Positions 38,801 to 51,055 of a stretch of 64,000 bases of DNA are shown here, in pieces (position 1 is the stretch's first letter; every line of letters starts with the position of its first letter). Below the pieces are notes generated by a model that saw nothing but the letters and a program-made list of their open reading frames with translations, had not been told where the DNA came from and did not search any database. Position numbers and translations under genes: made by a program. Location of the stretch: NCBI GenBank assembly GCA_021613535.1, contig CP075497.1:2790001-2854000 (forward strand). The letters are read 5' to 3'. This DNA is from Adineta vaga. Its lineage: Eukaryota > Animalia > Rotifera.

Positions 38801-40249
38801 CAGCTGATTTTGCTATGACAACGCTATGTTTTCTTGATAAACGCATTACATCAAATACAAATACTAGTTCAACATGCGCTAATTTAGTATCATGTGGTGG
38901 TTTAGGCTTTGTTCGCTTTTGGAATGCGCATAGTGGAAAGCTCATAGGCGAATTTCAAGCACATAGTGATGGTATATCGATAAAAATAGATGATCTCACT
39001 TTTCCTTTTGAGTCTATCGTTTTGTATTTATCATTTTAGTTGTAACAATTATTATGGAAATCGATGTTCGAAATAAATATTTAGGAACAGGAGATGTGAA
39101 TGGTCTTGTTAAAATCTGGAATATAGAAGAGTATTGTTTACAAACAAATACATCAGATTTAATAACAGAATCTCCAAGTTTGTAGATAGTTTATTGAAAT
39201 TTGTCGTATTCATTTCGTGTTTTACTATTTATTTAGCTTTGCTCACGGAATTTACTACACATACTGATTTAATTACATGTATTGATTTCTTAGAAAAAGA
39301 TACACGAACATTTATTCTAACATCATCAGCTGATGGAAGTGTTGTACTATCGGATATGAATGGAAATTCTTATGGAATATTTGGACAGCCAAATCAATGG
39401 CGTTTAGATGTTGATTTATCAAAAGTAAATGAAGAAGAAGTTCCATTGGATCAAAGTGAACATGATCCTGACTCGAATGAAAATTCAAAATTATTTGATG
39501 AAGAAACTCAATTAGAATTACCATCATCAGACTCGAATAATAATCTACCAACGATGACTGATGAAGAAATGTTAACAAGACGATCAAATGTTTGGCAGTC
39601 AACTTCAATTGGTATGAAACTATTCATATTTTCTTGATTTTATATCTGTTTATTTCAGGTGTTAGTTATCAAGAAAAACGAACGAATCGTCGACAACGAA
39701 ATCAACCAACGTTAATTACTTCAAAAGATTATCTACTTTGGGAAAAGACCGGTTTAGCACCTGGTGGTGCCTATGGTGTAAGTTCTGTTCATCTCATTTG
39801 AATCACCATGAATCGTATTATATTTAGTCTCTTGATACATATGATCCACCAAACATTCCCGAACAAAAGAAAACACCTCAAAGCAATCTCAATGCAGCTT
39901 GGCATGCCGCTAATTTTGGTGATAATTCTCGACGACGTCCCGTTCCAACTACAATCGGTGCAAGTAAGATTATATCCTTCTAAACTATCCAAACACATAC
40001 TTCTATATATTAGATTTGAAATCTGCTTTTGATGAACGTTCTTTAATTCCCAAGTACATTTTGGATTATGAAGTTAAACAACGTCAATTATTTGAATTGA
40101 AAACTCAATCTCAACCAAAGACTATCTCATCAGCAACACCTGCACATAGTAATCCATCAATACATATGCGTCAAGCAGCTGATGCGGTATTAAAATTAAA
40201 GCGACAAAGTTCAACTGCCACTAATTACAGTGATCAAAAAGCCCAGTGA
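32860..40249 (+). CDS. EF-hand plus WD40-repeat ciliary protein (WDR49/WDY/EFCAB8-like), many exons
   Basis: FDELFESVDCTKEGYISW EF-like motif. WD repeats: LIGHMRSV..SFSKDKILRIWD, GHNEDI..LATGSIDGEICIWN, GTGDVNGLVKIWN, HTDLITCIDF..TSSADGSV. A 2.5-kb intron (35293-37791) hosts an antisense gene. Confidence 0.85.
35387..37520 (-). CDS. Nested secreted protein: two LamG/TSP-N-like segments, EB-type Cys module, C-type lectin domain
   Basis: Signal peptide; TYINCKL and CYVNCEL LamG-like ends; KLRSR|R furin-type site; CSTDDDC..CQSGHCTC..FW..C; CTL RCFRLS..TWFEANDYC..LAS..YWIG..FRW..C..DDCQRNYRFLCE. Three exons. Confidence 0.85.
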
Positions 40250-40401
40250 TATACTCAATTAATTTCTCATTCCTATGAACAAACAAATCCGGTGATGTCA
40301 GATTAATAAATATTAAATGAAAGGAAGAGAACGTTTTATTTTATTTCAATCGAACATTTCGTTTTTTTTTTGTAAATTATTTTTTCTTTCATATCTAAAA
40401 T

Positions 40402-41100
40402 TTAATAATTTGCCACACTGGAATTTGATCTGGATACTGTTCGTTGATGTTCTCTTGTTACAATAACCATATTAATTATCGTATGAATGAAGGCAACAGA
40501 AAATGTAATAATAAGAAAGAATTTCAAATGACTTGCTAAATCATCATCACAATATAACGAAGAAAATAAAGTACATTTCGTTGCTAAACTATAATTAATT
40601 ATAGAAAAGACAAGGCCAACCGTAGTAAGACCTAAGTTTATAGAATAATATTGTACAAGACGAATTAAAGGATAATGTGATTTAGCAGCAGTAATCATCA
40701 TAATAATTCCTCCAACTATGAGAAAAGAACCAGCCCAAAATCCATGATAATATGATGAATATGAATTGACAATAAGTCCAATTTGTAAACTAATTGCTAT
40801 AATACCCCACAAAGCATAGAAAAAGCCAGATATGAATAGAAATAGTTTTAAATCAGTAGTAATTGTTGTCGGTAATTTATTTCTCCAAACTGTTTGGTAA
40901 ACTGGTGTTACAACAATACCATTCTGTTGATATAATGGTGTTTTTTCAGAAAATAAATTATTTGAATTAACTTCATTGACATATGATGTTGTTCCTTGAT
41001 ATGATCTTGATGAAAGAAAGTGAGAAATTGAAGAAGACAATGTCTAGGAAATAAAAATCGCTTACGAAGGGATTTCTTGTTTATCAAAATTTGATTGCAT
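40402..41100 (-). CDS. Four-TM protein, MS4A/CD20-like
   Basis: Four hydrophobic helices; YHGFWAGSFLIVGGII in TM2; Cys pair in the second loop. Short first exon MQSNFDKQEIP followed by gtaag. Confidence 0.7.
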
Positions 41101-41577
41101 TTTGTTGAATTTTTGTTTTAACAGTCACGAATATTTATCTGAATGATGATTTTATTGTTCTATTTATATTCTGTACTTCTTCATTGTATCAAAAACTAGA
41201 TTTGATATGACGCGTATCTTTGTTTGAGTTAGTCATTAGAATAACATGTTTATCATTGTGATTCTTTTTGTAATAGGCGTTTTTACAAAGATAAATTTTT
41301 TTTTCTATTGATAAACAAAATGCATCTAATTCATGAAGATCTTTGATTGGTATTATTTAAGACAAAAAACGTTTTATTCTTTTTTTCTTTCGAAATGAAA
41401 CACAAAGACAAAATAAATTGTATAGAATTATGCATAACAAAGTTTTCTAATAAAGAATAGAAAGAGAGATAGAGAGAGACATATGTATTATATATAGAGG
41501 TAGAAAGAAATAAGACAGAAAAATAACCAAATCATTATGTACATTAGAATTATTGAAGAGAAACAAAAAAAAGCAAA

Positions 41578-44500
41578 TTAATTATCATCATCATCATCAT
41601 CATCGTCGTCACTCGCTACTATAGTCGCCTTCTTTCGTGCAGTTACGGCCGCACCACGTTTTGATCGAGTTGCTGTTGGGAGTTTTGTTTCTTTTTTAAT
41701 TGGTTGTTTAAAATCATTTTCATCATTATCATCATCATCATCATCATCCTCATCGTCATCGGCTACAACAAAAACGTAGATATTCAATTAATCTTTTCTT
41801 GAAAAAAAAGCTCATTTTCTTACATTGTGATACTTTGGCTTTACTACGACTTGGTGCTTGTTTACCTTTCTTTCCAGCACCACCTGCACGAGAAGCTAAA
41901 AGAAAATTCAAAGTAATTTTTCTAATCAAATCATTTCTCGATGAAAATCTACCTTTCGTTGGTTGTTTCGTTTTTTGTTGTGCTTGTTGAACAGCTACTA
42001 AAATACCACTTGATGATCTTGCTTGATCAATACGAGTGGATAATTCATCCAATACAACCTTAAAAAAAACGATTCATTTTTGCATTGATAACAAGACGCA
42101 AAAACAAATCCTACCTTAAGATCCGGTTTATTTCCTAAGAGTTTCTTGGCATTATTGACAATTGTTAAAAATGATTCATAAACAGCATCTTCAACAAGTT
42201 TATCCGCATAATAATTATAATGATCCAATAAACCTTTCAAAGCTCGTTCATTATATGTTAATTTCGACATAATATAAGCAAGATCACGCCATAAACGGAG
42301 GATTATTACTAAGAATAAAGAATAATCATTCAAGTAAGATTAATCAACGGAACTTACTCAGCTAAATGAAATCTTTGACATAATTTTTCTGACAAACTTT
42401 CTGTTTGCTTTTCTTTATTAACATATTTAAATAAGAATTCCATAATACATTTGAAATCTTCTTCAATCAATTCTCGATCTTTATCCAATCCACCTCCGAC
42501 AAGATTCGAAAAAATATCGGGTAAAATATTAAATAAAGCTTCACCATGTTGTCGTTTTGCTAATTCACTAAAGAATGACGTTGCTAATGTAGCGATTTGA
42601 GGATGTTTATCAATAATACATAAAGCTATTTCACTAATTTGACCTTTTGGCTAGAAGGAAAGAAAACGGAATTTGAATCGAAAGAATTTCATTTGTGACA
42701 ACTTACTTTAACCATTTCTTTAAGAATAAGATTAGAAATCGTTTTCAATGCTGCTAAACGAACATTATCCGATCGATCACGTAAACAACCATAAACATCA
42801 TTAGAATAAGCAGCAAATGCTAATGGATATCTGAAGAGAAAGAGATCAAGATGATGATAAAGTTCGTAAGACTTACTTTAAGTAAAAATCATTCATTAAA
42901 ACCATAATAGCAACTCGTACACTTTCAAATGTTGAATTTTTCAATAGATCAAATAACATTTTTGCATGTGTTTCACATAATTCAACAGATAATAACATAA
43001 ATTTACATAAACAAATGGTGGCACTTAATTGCAATGCTTCTTCTCGATATTCATTTGGATGAAGAAGAATCTTAACAAAAGAAATAATGTAGGTTATGTT
43101 TGAAAGGAAAAAACATGTTCTTACTTGTTCGAGAATGTTTTTATATTGCATTAATAAGGAATTTTTTTCACAGATTGATTGAATATATAAACCAATTTCA
43201 TTATCAACTGGATCCTCAGCTTCAGCACCACCAAATACTTGACACATTTCATCATCTTGATCATCATCGATCGTTTGATTTGTTGTTGAATTCAACTGAA
43301 ATGATAGTGAATACAAGTTTGAAGAAATCGAATGTTTTTTCTTTTCATCTTACAGTGAGATTTGATGAACTAGTTGTGGATTCATTGATAGATGTCGAAG
43401 GATTTTCATCATCTTCATCAGGTGTTTTACGTTTCGTTCGTTTTTTCACTGATTTTCTTGGTTTTTGTTGTGATTTTTTATCTGTTACTCTTGTTTGTTT
43501 AGCTTCTTTTCGTCGGAAAAGTTCATCTTTCACCGTACAATCAACATAATAAACGATTCCAACAGCTGCTTTTCCTAAACAGTTCAAAAAACGAACTAAC
43601 ATCAATGCTGAATTCGAATTTGTTTGGGTATGATGATGAAATGACGGATTTTGTGATTGCTGCTGTTGAGATAATTGATTTTGACTACTATCATAACCAG
43701 CATCTATATGAATCGAGAAGAAGAAGAAATTTTCAAGATAAATCAAAGAATTTTCTTTACTTTCAAAATCCATGGGTTCATTGAAAACTTGTTGTGATTG
43801 TGATGCAGTTGGAATTTTGAATACACCTCCAAGTTTGACACCAGTTTTAACAGCAAGTTTTTTTATAATATTCTCAATATGTTTTATCGGACCATCGGCT
43901 AATTTGAAAATTACATCAAATGCTGATTCCATCATTGGTGTCCATTGTCGATCAGAAACATCATGAAAAGCTAGGAAATAATAAATAAAATGTTTGTTGA
44001 AAATAAATCTGATCTATCGAATTACTTGAAACAATAATATTGCCAAGAATTTCAAATAAACGATGAGTTTTTGGTAAACGAAATTGTTTCGGTCGAACAC
44101 CATTTTCAATCTAAATTCAATCAAGATTTATAGAAGAGTATGGAGAACTTGAGAGTCAGTAAAAACCTTTTTCGGTGTTGCAGCTAATTGTAATAATAAA
44201 CAAGATATATGTACGAAACGACGATTTTTTTCTTTTGCTTGAATTAAATCTGTAATATCATTCAATTTTGTATTGACTTCATTTCTAATAAGCAAAAGAA
44301 TAAAAACATTTAAAGTAAATCAATGAATAAAATCTAACCCGACAATAAATGAAAGGATTTTTCCAGCAATAACATCAGTATTATCATCTGGTGGAGCTTT
44401 GTAAAACTTCCATAAAGCTTCAGTAATCGCTTCGGTCGCAATTTTTTTTCCTTTGATTAATTGTTTGAGAATCTCTTCAAAACATAATTCTTCAGAAAAT

Positions 44501-47072
44501 GTTGCACCTTTCAAAGCACGAATAATTGCACGAGCTTGATGAAGTGGAACATGTCTACAAAGAAGTTTATCAATTGAAATTTGTATTAGAAGAAAATGAA
44601 ATACTTACGCAGCAGGAATTGTTGGTGCAACATCGAAATAAATCTTTACAAATGCTTGTGTAATTGCTTCACAAATGGATTTATCAATTGACCAAATAAG
44701 ACTAAACATTAATCGTAAACTTTGTTCAATATTTGGTAATACAAGACGATAATGACGAAGATTAACAAAGAAATCTACTGCTTGTTTACAATCCGCTAAT
44801 GTTGGTGAATTGAATAGATTGACAACATGACGATTTGCTTGTTCAATTAAATCCATAAATTGAAGACCATCTTTATATAAAGTAACAATTTCTTCAACAC
44901 GCATCACTTGTTCTTCAAGTTTAACACGTGCTAAAGTTTCTTGAAGTGACTGATCATCATTAGTATTTTCTTTTTCTTGATTATTATCAACATGCATTTC
45001 ATTTTCTTCTTCTTCTTCTTCATCTTCGTCATCATCAATACTTTTATCTTCAGCTCCACTATCGTCTTCATCAGATTGAACTTTTCCATTTTTATTCGAC
45101 TTTTGTTCCTTGATATTTTTATTCAATTTTTCAAGTTCACCACGAAGTTCAGCTAATTTTGCTTCTGCATCATTTTGTCGTTCTTCAAATTGAGCTCGCG
45201 TTGAATCCTATTCAATAAATTCGTTTTCCTATATGAAAAAACTATCCTTCATTCAACTTACCACTACAAAATAAGGATTATTTAACACCATATGCATCAC
45301 CAATGTGACTGCATCTTTTCGTACAGCACAAGCTGAATCTCTCAATCGATCTAATCCAAGTTCAAATGCTCGAATATATTGTCTTACAGGAACTTTTTTC
45401 TGTTGTACTAATGATGTCCATAATTGTAGACAATGTTGACGAACAAAAGCGGTGATGTCTGATACATGTTCCTAGATTGAAATCAACGAAATAGTTATGT
45501 ATTCTTATCAGCAATAACTTACACGAAGTATTTGTAAAAGATCGTCACGCATTTTTCGTTGTCCATCATCAAGATCATCAGATGAAAGAAGTTTTTCAAT
45601 AACAGAACAGAATGCTGTTAAAGCAGCAACACGAATATGATGACTCTAAAAATGAGCAACAACTCGATATCAATCCTTATCCAAATCTTTTATCGTATTA
45701 CTTCAGCTGTTAGTAAATCACTAATTTGATCAATATGTGTTCGAATAATATGTGGATCTAATCGAGCCATATCGATAATAAATGTTGCCATGGTTTTAGC
45801 TGAAGTATTATCAGCTTGTGCTGCTACAAAATTAGTTTCACAAATTTCTCTAAAGAAAGTTAAAGATGAAATTTTCTTCAAAAATTTTTCTTCAATACAA
45901 ACTTTAGTAATTCAATTGCAAGTGATGTATCTTGATAATCAGTAAGTAGTGAATTTAATACTGTAATTAATAAACTTGAATTACTATCATAAAGTTTAAC
46001 TGCTTGAATAAATTGAATTGATGCTTCTAGAAAAGTACAGGAACTATTTATTCATACTTTCGAATATTAATTTTACCTCGTGCATGTTCGAATTTGTTAA
46101 TCATAATTGTTAGAATTAATGGAAGATTTTCTTTAACAATTGGATTTTTAGCGATATCTTGTCGACGAAGTAAATGATAACAAGGTTTCGTTACACATCT
46201 AATTTTTTTACAAAATACTAGAATTCATTTTACAAGAAAAGAAGATTTTTACTTGACAAATTGTTCATCGATTATCGATGAATCCCATAATGGTTTAATA
46301 TGTGATCGAAGAATATCACAAAGACCTTTTAAACATTTATCTCTTAGAGTATCCGATGTTACTATTGTTTTTCCACCATTTTCAGCTTCTTTGACTTTTT
46401 TTCCTTTCTAAAATAGAATTCTTAAGATAAGATAAAACCAAATGAATTTATCGAATATACTTTAGGCGCTGGCATATCGAAATCTGATGATTTATTTGTT
46501 TGATCATTATCAAATCGAATGACATATTCTGCCAAAATACATGAAAGCATTTTAACGATATTTAAATGAAAACGTCGATCATCAGCACCAAGACCAATAT
46601 GAATTCGTCGTTGCGCTTCGGACATTTCACTTGCCGTTACTATTCAAATCCTCTTATTCATTTGATAAGAAATAATAATCAATACTTACATCGAAGTAAG
46701 ATTTCTACTGCTTGAGAACGTCCGTTAATTGATACTTTATCGAAATGACTAAATAAAATAGAAATATTTTCATTCAAATTAAGAAAAGAGATTACTTACA
46801 TAGCAATACTGTAGAATAATGGAAACATATCAAGTAATTCTTTTGGTTCTCGAATTCGTGAGATATCTAAATGCGAACAAATAGAATACGAATATCTCCC
46901 GATAAAATAGCACATAAATACTTTGTAAACGTGTGTTAATATCACCAAGATCAAGAACATTTTGTACATAATAAGAACCTGTAGCGAGTTGTTTTTTTAG
47001 ATCTTCAAACTGATTTGGTACATCAAATGTTGTCCAACCACTGAATTCTACTTCACTATTCCTGACAGACAT
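41578..47072 (-). CDS. NCAPD2: Condensin I HEAT subunit CAP-D2
   Basis: LQLSATICLCKFMLLSVELC; VRLAALKTISNLILKEMVK|PKGQISEIALCIID..IATLATSFFSELAK..ALFNILPDIFS; KLCQRF; WRDLAYIMSKL. Acidic/basic tail. Confidence 0.93.
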
Positions 47073-47425
47073 TACTTTTCTTCTGTTTATGTCTCTCTTC
47101 TAAAACAAGACCTAAAGATTGATTTGAATGAACAAGAAAAAGACGAACAGACAGGTGTAGATGTAGAAATCAATCATTGATTCTTAACGAATATGATACA
47201 ATTGGTTATTTGTTCTTTGTTCTCAAAAGAAGAAAGAACAAACTGACTATCGACAAAAAAATGACATTCATTTGTTACTGAATGACAGACTGAAATCAAT
47301 ATTTAAAATCGTTCGATAAAAATATATTTTCACATTTATTTTATATAGAAAAATATTCAAAGAAGATGTCGCAAGTGACAATTAATGAAATATATAATAA
47401 GAAAATGTTCAATATAATGACGGAT

Positions 47426-47635
47426 TTAATTTGTTCGATTGTGTAATCGAAAAAGAACAATGAAACATATTGTTATAATAAGAATAAATACTGGAATAAT
47501 AAAAATAACATATCTTTCAATAAATTGATCGATAAAAGAATTCCATCGATGGGATTTTTTCTTTGATAATAATCGTTTGTCATCCATGAATGTTATTATA
47601 GCATCTCTCGACTCATTCTTCTCCAAAAGCATCAT
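47426..47635 (-). CDS. Possible small single-pass (tail-anchored) membrane protein, 69 aa
   Basis: ATG-initiated ORF with a hydrophilic N-terminus and one C-terminal hydrophobic stretch. No homology recognised. Confidence 0.35.
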   Translation of the reverse strand: MMLLEKNESRDAIITFMDDKRLLSKKKSHRWNSFIDQFIERYVIFIIPVFILIITICFIVLFRLHNRTN

Positions 47636-48642
47636 TTATAATATCTTTTTTTCTTGTCATTTTCTTTTAAAATATATGATGGGAGATTTTGTTTTTAAAA
47701 ATGTTTCCCGTGTATCAATGAGTAATCTTAGAAAAATTTTATTGTATAATTATCGTATAGTCACCTGCTGCTACGACATTATCAAATAGTGTAAAATGAA
47801 AATGATTCTCTTTCGAACTTTGTTTTTTTCTAGATTTCAAAAAGCACCTGAGTAAATATTTGTTTTTTACTTTTGTAGAATCAGTTGACAAACACATGCA
47901 GTTTTATATTTTCATCTAGACATTATATGTCGAAAGATTCAATCATTAACAATTTTTTTGATTAAATAAACAGGAATTAGTTGAAAATAAAGAAGATATG
48001 ACATCAGATTAGACTTTGTTGTAAATGTCTGTTATGATAGAAGATGATCGATAGGAATTTCTATGTTTATATATTCGCACCAATATTTATATAGTATATA
48101 TGAAATTGAATATCCATAGATCTACTAAATCAAAAGTGAAAAGAAGACATCTTCTGTATAAACTATGTTAAGTATGTTATAATCTTGGATATTGTAGAAC
48201 TGACGTATCTCTCTGCTGTCTTATCAAAATATGCAATACGAGATGTTATTAATGGGTACTATATATCGAATATTTCAAAGATGAAACGATTGATCATACA
48301 CTAAATCGATATAGAAGAGACCAAATTCATCTAAATCGACTAGTCGTCCTAATATATACATGTTTATAAACAAACAATACACTACTAGAAAACAACAAAA
48401 GATTTTCTCTTTAATCCTTTTCTTTTCGAGCTATACGTATGTATATATAAACATATATCAGAAGAAAATACAAATAAACACATTTGTTCGATTTACATTT
48501 GATCAGTTGGTGGTTGTGTGTACTTGTATACTATCGAGCGGATCAATATCTATCTCTACTACTACTAATCATAACTAGTAGTGCTAATTTTCCTTTTCCT
48601 CTCTGCTCGATACCAAACTCCAACGAAAACAAAACCCGAATT

Positions 48643-49484
48643 ATGCCTCGTTATTATAACATTCCAAATAAAGTCAATCTACCACTTGTGTCACATTCAA
48701 TCGATCGGGATCCAGTTTCTATGTGTAAATCAAAATCACCATTAATTATTGAAAATGAAAAGAAATTAGCATGGCCAACTAAATCGCGTTATCCAAATAT
48801 AAGTAATTCACAAGAAAATACACCTCCAAGACGTATTCCAACTTATCGTAAACTTCACAAACCATGGCAAACAGTGGTTAGAACAATTGTACCTAAAGCA
48901 GGTTAGTCATGCATATTGATTATTGATATTTTTGTATCTTTTGTTCGATAGATTCTCGGCTTATGTTTAATTTTATCGATGCAAATACTGATTCACGTGT
49001 TAGCTATCTGGAATTTCGTTCTTGGATGCTTATTATTGATCAAACATTAGCTGAACATGAAATATTTGGACTATTTAATGAAATCGATCGTAATAGTAAG
49101 AAAATTTGTTTCTAATTTCGAATTCATATGATTATATTATTTTAGATGATGGTTTTATTCAATATAAAGAATTTCGAGATTATTTTGGTGATGATCTTCT
49201 AACAAGTGACGCTAATATTATTGAATTAACTACATTATTCAATGAAATTGATAGAAATCAGTCAGGTACAATAACACTCGATCAACTTTTAGCATTTTTT
49301 AATCGTCATACACCAATGATAACAGAAGAAGAAGCACATCTTTTTCTTGGTATGGTCTCCGAAATTGGAAATGAAAATAGTATTTCTTTAAAAGGTAATT
49401 TCCTTCTTTTTTTTCGTTAGAAAAAAAAACCCATCATTTTTCAATTTAGAATTTCTCAAAGCTATGCATGAATGGAAAATATAA
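48643..49484 (+). CDS. Calmodulin-like EF-hand protein with basic N-terminal extension
   Basis: EF loops DANTDSRVSYLE, DRNNDGFIQYKE, DRNQSGTITLDQ and a degenerate fourth. Four exons. Confidence 0.85.
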
Positions 49485-49647
49485 TTTAATTCTTTACTTT
49501 TTCTTTTATAATCAATTTCTTTCGTTGTAATTGTTGTTCCTTTTTCACTTTATTTTTTCATAAATATACTTACTATACAGAGAAAAAACAAACGTCAATG
49601 ACAACAAAAAAGCATTTGATTCTTTTTAAATAATAAAATATATAAAC

Positions 49648-50507
49648 TTAAACAGTACATTCAGCTGGTTTATTCATTCCATTATATCGCGAACAAATAG
49701 CTTTAATGAAACTCTTTTCATCATGACCATCCGAACATCCATACCAAGTACCATCATGCATACACCAAAATTGACCATTCAAATTCATTGTACATGATTT
49801 CTTTGCCGAAGCGGATTTTGTTCTTTGTAATGATTGATGAAATAATTCATTTCCTTTATCAGATTTTACACATGTATCAATATCAGACCATTTAATTGAT
49901 CCATCAGATGCTTCTTTAAGACATTGTTCACCATTATTTGGAATATTTGCCAATTGTCTCGATTGACATTGAAGAAATTTGAGTAAAGTCGTTTGTGAAC
50001 ACATACTTTGAACACATAATTGTTGTTTATTACCTAAACATTCATCAGGTCCATGCATACATTCGATTTGATTTGTTTGAGTTTCATAAGCAATAAATGA
50101 AACAGTAAAATTTATAATTGAAGATAGTTTGATTAAACTAGGAGCAAATAATGTTTCACATTTTCTCGCATCGGGACATTTTGACATAACAAAAAATTCC
50201 ACACGAACAGGTTTATCTGAAATAACTAAAAATCAAAATGATGAAATCGTTTTATTGAATCAAATTATTGAGATTAATTACTAGTAAGAGTATCAGATGT
50301 TTGATAAGAACGATAAATTATAATTGTTCCCATGAAAAGTATTAATGGGAGAAGAATGGTAAGAAGTTTTTGATTCATCGGTAAACGTTGAAAGGAATAT
50401 AAACGACGATAATATTGACGCTAGAATAGATCATCAACAATGAAAAAGGATATTTTTCAATGATTAAAAGAGGTCTATTAGTTCAAGTATTACTCCAAAC
50501 TTACCAT
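49648..50507 (-). CDS. GILT (gamma-interferon-inducible lysosomal thiol reductase) family, type II anchored, CPDA active-site variant
   Basis: VRVEFFVMSKCPDA; CMHGPDECLGNKQQLC signature. ATG-only first exon (50505-50507 followed by gtaagt), then an N-terminal hydrophobic anchor. Confidence 0.88.
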
Positions 50508-51055
50508 TAAAATGGTTTTATCTATCACTATTTACTTGTCGTTACGTTTTCTTTCGAAAGAATGCGGATCAATATAAAATCCGCTCAGTGAAAAAGAACA
50601 ACATTCGTTCATTTTCTCTTTCTCTCGCTTGACATTTATCTATTCTTCTGATGTAATCAACTTACCAAGATATTTTGTTTTAAGTCGACATAAACTGGCA
50701 TAATCAATCACAGATCGAAATTTATCTACAACTAACTGAAATTAAATTATTTTAGAAAAAAATGTAAAGATATCCAGCGTTTATTTTGTGGAAATCCAAT
50801 TTGTTCCTTTCTTTTTCTGATCAATATAAAAGAAAATCTTTTGTGTACATAAAAAGGTGAAAGATAATGCAAAAATTATATACGTGCACAGATATATATG
50901 TAAAAATCTCACTGTTACATGTGAGATATGACAAAAAGGAAAGAATCGATAAAAACAACTGAAGAAATATAAATATTCATGACTAGAATCGATAAAGGAA
51001 AGAAAAATTTGGAATGAAGTTTAAACAAAAGATGATTGAATATGTGTGTGTGCAA

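Noticed and set aside
41044-41065. Possible 22-nt intron in the MS4A-like gene
   Set aside because: That acceptor gives the wrong frame; the acceptor about 60 nt from the donor restores the ORF.
43100-43549. 149-aa plus-strand ORF and other antisense ORFs over NCAPD2, aGPCR and GRIPAP1 exons
   Set aside because: Antisense shadows of real coding exons, with no independent coding features.
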